This document shows positions 43,293 through 52,650 of a stretch of DNA of 62,004 nt, piece by piece. The notes under the pieces are model-generated. The model ran no database searches, had not been told where the DNA came from, and saw only the letters and a program-made list of their open reading frames with translations. Both the position numbers and the translations under genes were made by a program. The DNA is taken from positions 1-62,004 of the forward strand of contig MFNJ01000048.1 in NCBI GenBank assembly GCA_001782015.1. The letters run 5' to 3'. Source of the stretch: Candidatus Levybacteria bacterium RIFCSPHIGHO2_01_FULL_36_15 (lineage in GTDB: Bacteria > Patescibacteriota > Microgenomatia > Levybacterales > GWA1-39-11). Position 1 is the first letter of the stretch. Each line of letters begins with the position of its first letter.

Positions 43293-43583
43293 ATGCCAAA
43301 CTCTTCAAGCAAAACGGTTTTTCTGGCTTTAGTTGCTGTTGTGGTTATGCTTTTGGCCGCATTTATTGTTATCAAAAATCAAAAAGAGCTACAGCCGATC
43401 GCACCCAGTACAAGCAATATTATTCCCAAGCAGGAGTCAAGTAAACCCCCTCAAACAGGAAATGATGACACGCAGCTTGATAAGGATCTGAATAACATTG
43501 ACAACAATATAAGTTCTTTGGAGACGGATACCAGTACCGTAGACCAAGGCTTAAATGACCAGCCGGTTGATCTTAGCCAATAA
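43293..43583 (+). CDS. Hypothetical single-pass membrane protein
   Basis: It has an N-terminal TM helix and an acidic low-complexity tail. Confidence 0.5.
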   Translation: MPNSSSKTVFLALVAVVVMLLAAFIVIKNQKELQPIAPSTSNIIPKQESSKPPQTGNDDTQLDKDLNNIDNNISSLETDTSTVDQGLNDQPVDLSQ

Positions 43584-43584
43584 T

Positions 43585-44352
43585 ATGAAAAAAACTTTAT
43601 TCTTGATTGTATTACTTTTAATTATGCTTAGTGCATCAAGCACAACCGCATTATATGCTCAAAATACAACTGCTTCTCCTACCGGTACGGGAATCAAAAA
43701 CAACGTTGGACAGGAACAACAAATAACTAATCTAAAGCAAAGAGCAGACAAAGAAATTACAAGAAGAGTGACTTCCTTAAATAACCTTCTGAAAAAATTA
43801 AATACAATGAAAAGGCTTACAGACCAGCAGAGATCAAATTTCTCTTCGCAGATTCAAACGGAAATATCCAATTTAAACAACCTGAAAATAAAAATAGACG
43901 GTGATACAGACCTTACAACCCTTAGAGCAGACGTAAAATCCATAGTTGCTTCTTACAGGGTTTACGCTTTATTCATTCCACAGATTCGCTTATTTGCGGC
44001 AGCCGGCAAAACGACAAATATTGCTGATCAGATGAGCTTACTTGCCGGAAAGCTTCAGACAAGAATTCAAAACGCAAGCGCGCAGGGTAAAAATGTAACG
44101 GCACTTCAGACAACTCTTTCTGATATGCAGACAAAAATCGCGGACGCAAAAACGCAGTCGCAAAACGTCATGAAAACTGTAGTGGTTCTTTCTCCTGCAG
44201 GTTACCCTGCAAATAAAACAGTTCTTTTGGATGCAAGAGCTATTTTAAAAACAGCTCACCAGGATCTGGTTCTGGCCAGAAAAGACGCAGGAACAATAGT
44301 TAAGCAACTAAAATCTCTTAATACGTCTGCATCTCCCACCAAAGCTTTGTAA
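43585..44352 (+). CDS. Hypothetical secreted coiled-coil protein
   Basis: The start was chosen at MKKTLFLIVLLL (signal peptide), 1 nt after the upstream stop. The track ORF begins at 43555. Confidence 0.55.
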   Translation: MKKTLFLIVLLLIMLSASSTTALYAQNTTASPTGTGIKNNVGQEQQITNLKQRADKEITRRVTSLNNLLKKLNTMKRLTDQQRSNFSSQIQTEISNLNNLKIKIDGDTDLTTLRADVKSIVASYRVYALFIPQIRLFAAAGKTTNIADQMSLLAGKLQTRIQNASAQGKNVTALQTTLSDMQTKIADAKTQSQNVMKTVVVLSPAGYPANKTVLLDARAILKTAHQDLVLARKDAGTIVKQLKSLNTSASPTKAL

Positions 44353-44499
44353 TTTTAATAATTCTTGTTTTAGTTTACTTGGTGTTCTTTGAATTTCTTA
44401 AAAATAAATTTGCAAAGGGTATAGATCTGCCAGTTGATCAATAAATTTTCATTTAGTATGATATACATGGATTTATCTTTTAAAGGGAACTTATTAATT

Positions 44500-45213
44500 A
44501 TGCAAATCAGCGTCATCATTCCTGCCTTTAATGAAGAAAAGTACATAGAAGATTGTTTAAAAATACTGGCCACAAACCTTCCTAAAGAGGTTATTGAGAT
44601 AATAGTTGTTGATAATGCAAGCACAGACCAAACCTCAGAGATTGCAAAAAAATTTAGAAAAGTAAGAGTGGTCAGGGAAGATGAAAAAGGATTAACCAAA
44701 GCAAGGCAAAAAGGGCTACTTGAAGCAAAAGGCGACCTTCTTGCTTATGTTGATGCTGATACTCAAATTTCAACTAACTGGTTTGATGAAATAAAAAAAG
44801 AATTTTCTGAAGATAATAATGTTGTGTGTTTAAGCGGCCCGAATTATTTATTGGGAGTAAACCACCTCAATAAAGTATTTGTAAGGCTTTACTGGAATTT
44901 AATTGCTATGCCCGGATACAACATAACTGGCCATATTGTTAACGGTGCAAATTTTGTGGCAAAAAAAGAAGCACTTTATAAAATAGGCGGATTTGATACA
45001 AAAATCGCTTTTTATGGAGAGGATGTTGACATAGGAAAAAGAATTAGCAAAATCGGGAAGATGAAATTTTCCAAGAATTTAATAGTATTCTCGTCAGCAA
45101 GAAGATTTCAATCGGAAGGTTTTTTACGAGTTGGAATAAAATACGTAGCAAATTATTTATCAGAAGTATTATTACATAAGCCCATCACTAAAAAATACAA
45201 AGACATAAGATGA
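44500..45213 (+). CDS. GT2 family glycosyltransferase
   Basis: Motifs are MQISVIIPAFNEEKYI, VDNASTD and VDADT. The track ORF begins at 44434, but the GT2 fold starts at the Met at 44500. Confidence 0.8.
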   Translation: MQISVIIPAFNEEKYIEDCLKILATNLPKEVIEIIVVDNASTDQTSEIAKKFRKVRVVREDEKGLTKARQKGLLEAKGDLLAYVDADTQISTNWFDEIKKEFSEDNNVVCLSGPNYLLGVNHLNKVFVRLYWNLIAMPGYNITGHIVNGANFVAKKEALYKIGGFDTKIAFYGEDVDIGKRISKIGKMKFSKNLIVFSSARRFQSEGFLRVGIKYVANYLSEVLLHKPITKKYKDIR

Positions 45214-45599
45214 CGGTTATAAAAAGCAAGCAAATTAAAGGCAAAGGAAGAGGAAAAAAAATAGGGTTTCCCACTATAAATCTTGAAATTCCGGAAAATC
45301 TTGAGCTTTCAAGCGGAATTTATGCCGCAAGAGTAAAAATAGATCAAAAAATATTTCTGGCAGCTTTACATTTTGGGCCTGTTCCAACATTTGCGGAAGA
45401 GAAAAAAAGTCTGGAAATATTTTTAATTGATGCAGACCCCAAAAACTTTCCTCAAACTCAAAACAGGCAGATAGAAGTTAATGTGATAACAAGAGTAAGA
45501 GAAGTAAAAAAGTTCAACAGCATAAAAGATCTCAGAAATCAAATCGAATCAGACGTTAAAATTATTAAAAACATGCTTATTGAATCTCTCAATCACTAA
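45210..45599 (+). CDS. Monofunctional riboflavin kinase (RibF C-terminal-domain type)
   Basis: Motifs are GKGRGKKIGFPTINL and the LEIFLID pattern. At 129 aa it has no FAD-synthetase domain. Confidence 0.75.
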   Translation: MTVIKSKQIKGKGRGKKIGFPTINLEIPENLELSSGIYAARVKIDQKIFLAALHFGPVPTFAEEKKSLEIFLIDADPKNFPQTQNRQIEVNVITRVREVKKFNSIKDLRNQIESDVKIIKNMLIESLNH

Positions 45600-45609
45600 A
45601 CATTTCTTC

Positions 45610-47292
45610 CTATTGGATTTTTACGGGCAAGTTATTTTTCATTTGATCATAAACGTATTTTGTTATTATATCGTCTGAAATTGTATTTGCTCTTTTTCCG
45701 GCAATAAGAGCATCTTTCTTATTTCCCAGTTTGTACTCAGAAATTGCCAAATACAGCCAAAGCCTTACAGAATCAGGGTAATCGGAAACCGCAGCTTTAG
45801 TGAGGTTCCGTGCTTTATTATCGTTTCCCTGAACAATAAGAATTTCCGCAAGATTTGCGTAAGTTAGTTCATAGTGCTTATGGCTTGTATCAAGGTTATA
45901 ATTTTTTGCGCCAAGAGCTTTTTCATAAATATTTCTCGCGCTTTCTAAATCTCCAAGCTTTTGATAAGCTATTCCAAGATTTGTAAGGTTTGTTTCATAG
46001 GGCAGTGTAGCCACAGATTTTTCAAGATAAGTTTTGGCTTCTTTATATTTTCCATCCAGAATAAGCTCAGCGCCCAACGCGTTTTCTATATCATAATTAT
46101 CCTCTATTTTTATGTCATGCGAAAACAAAGTACTAGCAGTCTGCCAGTTGGAATTCCTGATTATAGTCCGTAGGCCAAACAAAATCAGAATAATTATAAG
46201 TGATGAAAAGAAAATCCTGTTGAATCTAATACTTAACTTCTCAGCTAAAATACCCAGTGTTCCTATTAGACCCACCATAGCAAAATAAAACCATCTATCA
46301 GCCACTGTCATGTCAAGAGCAACAATTTGCGTGTAAGGTAAAATTCCCACTAAAAACCAGATCAAGAAAAAGATTAATTTTTTGCTTTTATGATTATCCA
46401 CCAAATGTAGCCTTACAGTAAAATAGAATAAAACGGAGAAGAAAAAAAATAAAACAAAAAGCGGAAGATAAAAATTTGTCAGATTAATTTTAGTCACTAT
46501 CCAAAGCTGGTCAACCGAAAGAGTAATTGGAAAGAAAAATGTTTTTAAGTAATAAAATAATACAGCAGGCACATTGATCATCCGCTCCCAAAAAGAAAGC
46601 CTCATAATGGGTATTGAATAAACGTTTATAAGCTCAAAACCGTGTAACAGCCATCTTACAAATATATAAATAGCAAGCGTCATGAAAGATGCAAGACAGA
46701 AATATAAAAATTTTATTCTGTTAAAAATAAATCTGTAAATAAGTATCAAAAGCAAAAAAACTATACCGGTTTCTTTTGTAAATAAAGACAAAAGAATAAA
46801 TAGATAAATAAAAATTAATGAGGTAATTTTGGGATTATCTTTAACAGCTTTTAAAAATGCAATCGCTCCAAAAACAAAATAAACCTCACTGACGGATGAG
46901 CTAATATATGAAACAGACTCAACATTCATGGGATGAACAAGAAAAATAAGGGAAAGAAAAAAAGAAATTTTTTCTTTCATAAATTTTCTGAAAATAATAA
47001 AAACCAAATATACACTCAAAATATGAAGTACTAATTGAAAAAGATGATAGTAAAAAGCATTTTGGCCAAAAAGAGTGTATAAAGCAGAAAAATATATAGC
47101 AGATATAGGTTTGTAATACGAACCGTAATTAAAATAGTTTTTTCCAAAAAGCTTTAAAACATTAAAAGAGTAAAGATCGGGATTTCCAATAATAAAAACT
47201 TTATCATCCCAAACAAAATTATTAAAAAGGGCATTAGCAAAAACCAAAAAACCAACAAAAAAAAATATTAATATATATTTTTTATTTGACAT
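45610..47292 (-). CDS. GT-C membrane glycosyltransferase with C-terminal TPR repeats (TMTC/PMT-like)
   Basis: It has the first-loop acidic motif NNFVWDD and about 10 TM helices. The C-terminal roughly 170 aa are TPR-like (AELILDGKYKEAKTYLEKS...YQKLGDLESARNIYEKAL...). Confidence 0.7.
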   Translation of the reverse strand: MSNKKYILIFFFVGFLVFANALFNNFVWDDKVFIIGNPDLYSFNVLKLFGKNYFNYGSYYKPISAIYFSALYTLFGQNAFYYHLFQLVLHILSVYLVFIIFRKFMKEKISFFLSLIFLVHPMNVESVSYISSSVSEVYFVFGAIAFLKAVKDNPKITSLIFIYLFILLSLFTKETGIVFLLLILIYRFIFNRIKFLYFCLASFMTLAIYIFVRWLLHGFELINVYSIPIMRLSFWERMINVPAVLFYYLKTFFFPITLSVDQLWIVTKINLTNFYLPLFVLFFFFSVLFYFTVRLHLVDNHKSKKLIFFLIWFLVGILPYTQIVALDMTVADRWFYFAMVGLIGTLGILAEKLSIRFNRIFFSSLIIILILFGLRTIIRNSNWQTASTLFSHDIKIEDNYDIENALGAELILDGKYKEAKTYLEKSVATLPYETNLTNLGIAYQKLGDLESARNIYEKALGAKNYNLDTSHKHYELTYANLAEILIVQGNDNKARNLTKAAVSDYPDSVRLWLYLAISEYKLGNKKDALIAGKRANTISDDIITKYVYDQMKNNLPVKIQ

Positions 47293-47384
47293 AGTTTGAT
47301 TTTTTAATCATAACTCTTTCTGGTATCTTTTCCAAGACCTGAATCTGCCTTTAAGTATTTTTGTATTTGTGATAAATTAAACTC

Positions 47385-48182
47385 ATGAATCTGTTTCTAA
47401 AATTGCCAAAGGGACAAATGGTTTTGTTTTTATTTTTCATAGCATTAAGCGCTTTGATAGAACATCCTAAATTATTAAACTTTTATATAATTTTTGCTTC
47501 GGTTTTATTTACTATTTTTTTTGATCTCTTGTTTACATACTTCCGCAGCAAGAAATTATTTGTACCTTACGCAGCAATTGTGACTGGAATTATAACCGGC
47601 CTTATCGTAAATTCCAGCCTTTCTCTATATCAAATACCTTTGGTCTGCGCGCTTTCAATGGGTATTAAAAATTTCGCAAGAGTAGGGAACAGGCATATTT
47701 TTAATCCTGCCGGGAGCGGACTTGTTTTTGGATCAATAATTCTAGGTACTCATATCTCCTGGTGGGCAGTATCTTTTCAGAACATTTTTTCTCTTCAAGC
47801 AAAATATATCTTTTCATTCTTATTGCTTCTTGCTCCAGTATTTGTATCTGGATTAAAAATGAAAAGATATTACGCCATTCTTTCTTTTTTGACGTTATAT
47901 ACAATTTTTTCACAGATTGTGAGTTTAAAAAGTTTTTCAGGAGAATCTTTTTTAAATACATTTTTTGATCCGACAGTTCTTTTTTTCTCAATAGTTATGC
48001 TCCCTGAGCCTATGACCTCTCCTGTAAATTCAAAAAGGCAGATATTATACGCTGGATTTGTGGCTTTGATCTCCCAATTAATATCTTTGCCGATTTTGGG
48101 AAATTCAATTATTCAAACTATTCCTGATCCTTTAGTCTCTGCTTTGCTGCTGGGGAATCTGGTTTTTTTCAAATATAGATAA
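47385..48182 (+). CDS. RnfD/NqrB-like polytopic membrane protein (orphan)
   Basis: HIFNPAGSGLVFG and MLPEPMTSP resemble the RnfD/NqrB signature (..MATDPVTSP). No other Rnf or Nqr subunits lie nearby. Confidence 0.5.
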   Translation: MNLFLKLPKGQMVLFLFFIALSALIEHPKLLNFYIIFASVLFTIFFDLLFTYFRSKKLFVPYAAIVTGIITGLIVNSSLSLYQIPLVCALSMGIKNFARVGNRHIFNPAGSGLVFGSIILGTHISWWAVSFQNIFSLQAKYIFSFLLLLAPVFVSGLKMKRYYAILSFLTLYTIFSQIVSLKSFSGESFLNTFFDPTVLFFSIVMLPEPMTSPVNSKRQILYAGFVALISQLISLPILGNSIIQTIPDPLVSALLLGNLVFFKYR

Positions 48183-48227
48183 AAAGCTAAAAGTGCAAAA
48201 CTTGTTTTTGATTTTTTATCTTTAATT

Positions 48228-48656
48228 TTATTTGGTCCTGACTGGGGTTTTAAAATCAGGCGCAAGTACATGTTCAGTCATTTGGTCTGCTGCTTTTGCT
48301 GCTTGCATTCCGGGATTATAATAAAAAGTATCAAAAAATATTTTCATGCTCTGATTAACCGGAGAAAAGGGAAACCAAAAATTTATGCCGGCATGATTTA
48401 TCTGCTGCATTAACTTAACAAAACTTTGAGCAGGTCCCGGTTTTACCGTTTTTGCTTCTTCATCTTGAATTGCCGGCTGAGCAAGACCTTTTATTGTTTC
48501 TCCAGGAATATTGTTGAAAATTCCCCGGTTGTTGAGCCAAGCAATAAACCCCAAATGTAATTCCCTGCCTGACTTGCAATCATCCACCCATTCGGTTATC
48601 TTTTTCTCCTTTAAAGATAACAGCCTGCTTTTTTCAGATTCAGACAGAGCAACCAT
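48228..48656 (-). CDS. Hypothetical protein (142 aa)
   Basis: No motif was recognised. It lies downstream of, and co-directional with, the kinase-like gene. Confidence 0.45.
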   Translation of the reverse strand: MVALSESEKSRLLSLKEKKITEWVDDCKSGRELHLGFIAWLNNRGIFNNIPGETIKGLAQPAIQDEEAKTVKPGPAQSFVKLMQQINHAGINFWFPFSPVNQSMKIFFDTFYYNPGMQAAKAADQMTEHVLAPDFKTPVRTK

Positions 48657-48854
48657 AAATTCGGTATATCACCAAAAAATTCAAATGTCAAACGCCAGCT
48701 TGGTTATCTGTGTACTCATAAAAATTATATTGATCAACCAATTTTATAAAATTATGAATTAAATGAAGTTACATGGGCAAACGTCCATATATCTCTTTCT
48801 TCTAAGATATAATACCTTTCGAATTCCGTCAAAGAATAGAAGAAGGATGAGATG

Positions 48855-49628
48855 TTACTGATCTATTATCCACAAGGTAAATGGAGAATTCTTTGTTGGA
48901 CGTGAATAATCGACAAGGGCATTTCTTTCATTAGTAAATAAATCATTAAAGAATTTATCAGGAGTGGTACCGCCTTCTCCTCCAGCCAATCTTTCCTTTC
49001 CTGCTTTTTTTATTTCCTTGCATGCGGAATAAAATTCCGTAAGTATTTTATATGTCTCATCAGAGGAAAAACGATTCGGATCATATTCCTCACAATCCTC
49101 ATTTGCAATTATATGAAGAGGCACTCCGTCTATTTTTTCCATAAAAACGAAAGCTTGAGGTCTTGCTTTTTTATCTAATCGTTCTACGATTCCGTAATTT
49201 TTAGGCATTCTGACGCATCCTCCCACAAACTGTTCACAAAGCAAGCGACTCGCCTCCATTCTTACAAACTGTTCGTAAGCGCTCCCAATCCATACAAAGC
49301 CAACCTCTTTTATAACAAACTGGTCGCTTCCATCCAAGTTATACACTCGGCCTTCAGCATGACCGCCAAGATGTTGGCCTCTATTTCCTTTTTTGTATTT
49401 ATTTACCATTTGAAAAACATCTCCTGTAAGTGATCTTCCCTCAGATGTTAAAGTTATTCTGTTTTCAGAAGTATAAAATCGTCTCCAGACAATTTTATCA
49501 GGGTTTTGAGCATTAAAGCTATTTACATCCCGCTGTCCAACAAAAATTTTCCCATCCTCAAAACGAAATGGTTCGATATGCCTGCTTGATAGCACCAAGC
49601 TTCTCTCGGCTCTTTCTGCAACAACCAT
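48855..49628 (-). CDS. Minimal protein-kinase-like fold protein (speculative)
   Basis: The order of elements resembles RIO/Kdo-type kinases: FVIKEV (beta3 Lys), MEASRLL (alphaC Glu), FVFMEKIDGVPL (hinge), NDLFTNERNALVD (catalytic-loop-like) and a terminal LWIIDQ (DFG-like). The protein ends there. Confidence 0.35.
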   Translation of the reverse strand: MVVAERAERSLVLSSRHIEPFRFEDGKIFVGQRDVNSFNAQNPDKIVWRRFYTSENRITLTSEGRSLTGDVFQMVNKYKKGNRGQHLGGHAEGRVYNLDGSDQFVIKEVGFVWIGSAYEQFVRMEASRLLCEQFVGGCVRMPKNYGIVERLDKKARPQAFVFMEKIDGVPLHIIANEDCEEYDPNRFSSDETYKILTEFYSACKEIKKAGKERLAGGEGGTTPDKFFNDLFTNERNALVDYSRPTKNSPFTLWIIDQ

Positions 49629-49637
49629 ACCAGCAGT

Positions 49638-49666
49638 ATTGTAAACCTATAGTGTTGTATTGTCAA
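49638..49666 (-). promoter_or_regulatory. Sigma70-like promoter (TTGACA-17-TACAAT), leaderless configuration
   Basis: The -10 ends 9 nt before the ATG at 49628, with no SD. Confidence 0.45.
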
Positions 49667-49753
49667 GTTCGCTATATTTTAGTATAGCAGGTTTCATCAA
49701 AGCGGAAGATATTTCTAGACAGCAGTTGGGAAAATTGTTCTTATAATTTAAAG

Positions 49754-50353
49754 TTAAGCAAAATCTTTGAGGATCTGGAAATCTTTTTTTAACACTTCCT
49801 TACTTTTTGCCGTATAAATTGCAACGGCGGGATGAAAGAGAGGAATTATGCTTATTGTTGCATAAGAAGCATTTGCTTTCAACACTTTTCCGTGAAGAAC
49901 GCTGATTGATTCTGTTTTTTCCGGAAGGTCGAATTTTTCCAGGATATACCTCATAGAAAAACGTCCCAAAGTTACTAGTGTCTGTGGCTTAATAATCTCA
50001 ATTTGCCTGTCAAGAAATGGCGAGTAAAGTTCTATTTCAGAAGGCAACGGGTCCCTGTTTCCAGGAGGTCTGTCCTTAATGATATTTGTTATGTAAGCAC
50101 TGTTTCTTTCAACATTTATCGACTCGAATAGCTCGTCAAGAATCCGCCCGGCTGCGCCGCAAAAAGGACGACCTTTTTTTGCTTCATTTTCTCCGGGAGC
50201 CTCGCCTATAAACATTATTTTTGCGTAATGGTTTCCTTCACCTATCACTGGAAAGTATTTACTCTTAATCCTATACTCATAAAGCGGGGATTCTTTCAAG
50301 CCCAAAATCTCATCTTTAATTTTTTTCAGTTGTTCCGTATTATTTTTGCCCAT
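49754..50353 (-). CDS. Uracil-DNA glycosylase, family 4
   Basis: Motifs are GEAPGENEAKKGRPFCGAAG and the C-terminal FHPA. Confidence 0.85.
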   Translation of the reverse strand: MGKNNTEQLKKIKDEILGLKESPLYEYRIKSKYFPVIGEGNHYAKIMFIGEAPGENEAKKGRPFCGAAGRILDELFESINVERNSAYITNIIKDRPPGNRDPLPSEIELYSPFLDRQIEIIKPQTLVTLGRFSMRYILEKFDLPEKTESISVLHGKVLKANASYATISIIPLFHPAVAIYTAKSKEVLKKDFQILKDFA

Positions 50354-50385
50354 ATCTTCTTTATAACATTTTTTTAAATTTCATA

Positions 50386-52533
50386 TCAGGTTAATGTTTC
50401 TTTTACGCCTTTTCTTACCGATTGCCAATAATTATTCACAAGATCTTTCGCGTAAGGATCTCCTCCGTCCGGGATAAGCATCCAGTCAGGAAGCTGATGG
50501 CTTAAAACTTCTTTTTTTAGCGTTGGACTATCAACTCTTGTAGAAACATTTGGATAATTGGCAATATTGTGAACCCTGCTTACACCGCTGTTTTGTGAAC
50601 CAAAATAAGGATCATGTACCACAAGCTCTTGCACTTGACTTATTTCCGGGAATGTTATTTCAACTTTTTTACCTAACGAACCAATATACGCTCCCGCCAC
50701 TCCAAGAATTCCGCTTGTAAACTGGCTCCCTTGCTCTAGCATATTTGTATCAAAATCCGCTATGATGTTTTCTCTGTCCATCTGGTTTTGCATAAAATCA
50801 ATAACACTTTTTGTATATAAAGGATTTTGTCTAACTTTAACTTTAATTTTATCCGCTATCGCTCTTACCACTTGATTTTTCCTGAAGCTTCTTTCATCTT
50901 TTTTCCCTTCGGGATTTTTATCTTCCGCAAGCATATAGCGCATTGCCTGCATAACATCCATCTGCTGTCTGCCTCCATGTATTGAGCCTTCCGGATATTC
51001 CACCCCCCCAAGTCTAAATTTTTGCGTTTCATGACTTTTTGGGACATCCAACTCAATTGATTTATCAGCTAAACTATCTATTGCATCCATTACTACTGTA
51101 TCTTTTAAAACAATTTGAAAATCGGGACAAAGACCTGTTGCGTTCTCCACTGTTTTTCTCATGAGAGGAAATCCGCCAACTTTATAAACATGGCGCAAAA
51201 CCATCCATTTTCTTTCATTCTCAGGAAGAGTTTGTTCGAGTTCCGGAGCTCTAATGTCTCGGCTCAGGCTTATTGAACCTACTTGCTGTGATTTAAGATC
51301 ATAAGACATAACTAACATTGATCCTCCCATATCAGCATACGACTCCCCATGCTCCTCTCCAATTCCCAGCACCGCAAAATTTATCCTGTCCGCATTGAGT
51401 TCCTGATCAACCCGCTTACTAAACTCTGGATCATCTTTCATCCTTTCAGCCCGTTTTCTTTTTGCCTGGTCAATGAATGGCTTAAATAATTCATTAATAA
51501 GATTGACAGGTTTTTCAGGTAAAGCTGGAGTTAGATTTGTTTCTGTTTGTTTAACAACAATAGGGGCGGGCGCAGCATCCGAAAGAACTGGCGTAGGAGT
51601 TTTGGATACAGGTAAAACCGCAACCGGAGCAACAGTTTCATTGGGAAAAGCATGATCCTCCTGGGCTCCACTTGACCTTCCGGCAAGTTTTATTGCCGAG
51701 CCTAACGTTCCTACGCCTACGCCCGCAAATAATAACATGCGCAATAAATTTCTCCGGCTGGTTGTATGACGGGACTTTTCCTGACCCGGCAAAAGCACTA
51801 TTTCAGCGTTGCTCTTATCATAGGTTATCTGATCAGACCCGGAACTTTCCGGTTCCGCATGAGTTTGTAATTCTAGCTTAGCTTTCTTATCAATTATTTC
51901 AAGATCTTCTTCTCTTTTTGAAAGCGATTGAAGTATTGAAAAACGGTTCTGCTGTTCATCTTTTTTTAGCTCTTTGATTTTTTTGGAAAGTTTTGCGGCA
52001 CTTGGATTTCTTACTTTTCCATCAAAATTTATGTCCATAAGTTCACGTGTAGCCTGCCGAACATACTTTTCATCACGAATTCTATTTTGTTCATATCTTG
52101 CTTTGGCCGCAAGACTATTTAACAACCGCTTTACAGCTCTTCTTTGCAGAGTCGCTTGCCGCTTTTCCCCACCTGTAAATCTTTTTTTAATAGCATCATC
52201 TTTATATCTGCCTTTTTCATCTATTCCCCTGAATTCTTTTATTAAATTCAAAACCTCTTGATGAGAACCTGTAGTAAAATAAAGATCTTTATAAATATCT
52301 TGTGCTGCTCTTTTCCCTTTCGCACTTAGCTTAAGCTTTTGGGTGGACTGGCCTTTTGCAGTAACGCTTTCTGAAATATTAAAAAGCGAAACCGGACTCT
52401 CCAATGCTTCTATTTTTCCGGCTAATATCAGCATATGCTCATCTGAAGATTCATGAATACCTGTCTGGACCGTTTCAGCATGCTGATTTTGATCTTCTGA
52501 CACTGCTTTAGATCTATATATTTCTGTTCTCAT
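50386..52533 (-). CDS. LytR-CpsA-Psr (LCP) family protein with ~250-aa N-terminal cytoplasmic extension
   Basis: The TM segment follows TSRRNLLRMLLFAGVGVG. The LCP-like blocks are RINFAVLGIGEE...GGSMLVMSYD...SISLSRDI and GGRQQMDVMQAMRYM. The assignment is moderate. Confidence 0.55.
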   Translation of the reverse strand: MRTEIYRSKAVSEDQNQHAETVQTGIHESSDEHMLILAGKIEALESPVSLFNISESVTAKGQSTQKLKLSAKGKRAAQDIYKDLYFTTGSHQEVLNLIKEFRGIDEKGRYKDDAIKKRFTGGEKRQATLQRRAVKRLLNSLAAKARYEQNRIRDEKYVRQATRELMDINFDGKVRNPSAAKLSKKIKELKKDEQQNRFSILQSLSKREEDLEIIDKKAKLELQTHAEPESSGSDQITYDKSNAEIVLLPGQEKSRHTTSRRNLLRMLLFAGVGVGTLGSAIKLAGRSSGAQEDHAFPNETVAPVAVLPVSKTPTPVLSDAAPAPIVVKQTETNLTPALPEKPVNLINELFKPFIDQAKRKRAERMKDDPEFSKRVDQELNADRINFAVLGIGEEHGESYADMGGSMLVMSYDLKSQQVGSISLSRDIRAPELEQTLPENERKWMVLRHVYKVGGFPLMRKTVENATGLCPDFQIVLKDTVVMDAIDSLADKSIELDVPKSHETQKFRLGGVEYPEGSIHGGRQQMDVMQAMRYMLAEDKNPEGKKDERSFRKNQVVRAIADKIKVKVRQNPLYTKSVIDFMQNQMDRENIIADFDTNMLEQGSQFTSGILGVAGAYIGSLGKKVEITFPEISQVQELVVHDPYFGSQNSGVSRVHNIANYPNVSTRVDSPTLKKEVLSHQLPDWMLIPDGGDPYAKDLVNNYWQSVRKGVKETLT

Positions 52534-52650
52534 CTTTATGAAAATATAATTTAGCAGATGATTTTATCTTAAAATTAGTATAAAAATCAAATTTAAATTT
52601 ATAATATTAAAGCAGAGTAGAGGAAAAAGTAATAAATGTGAGAAGAAAAA

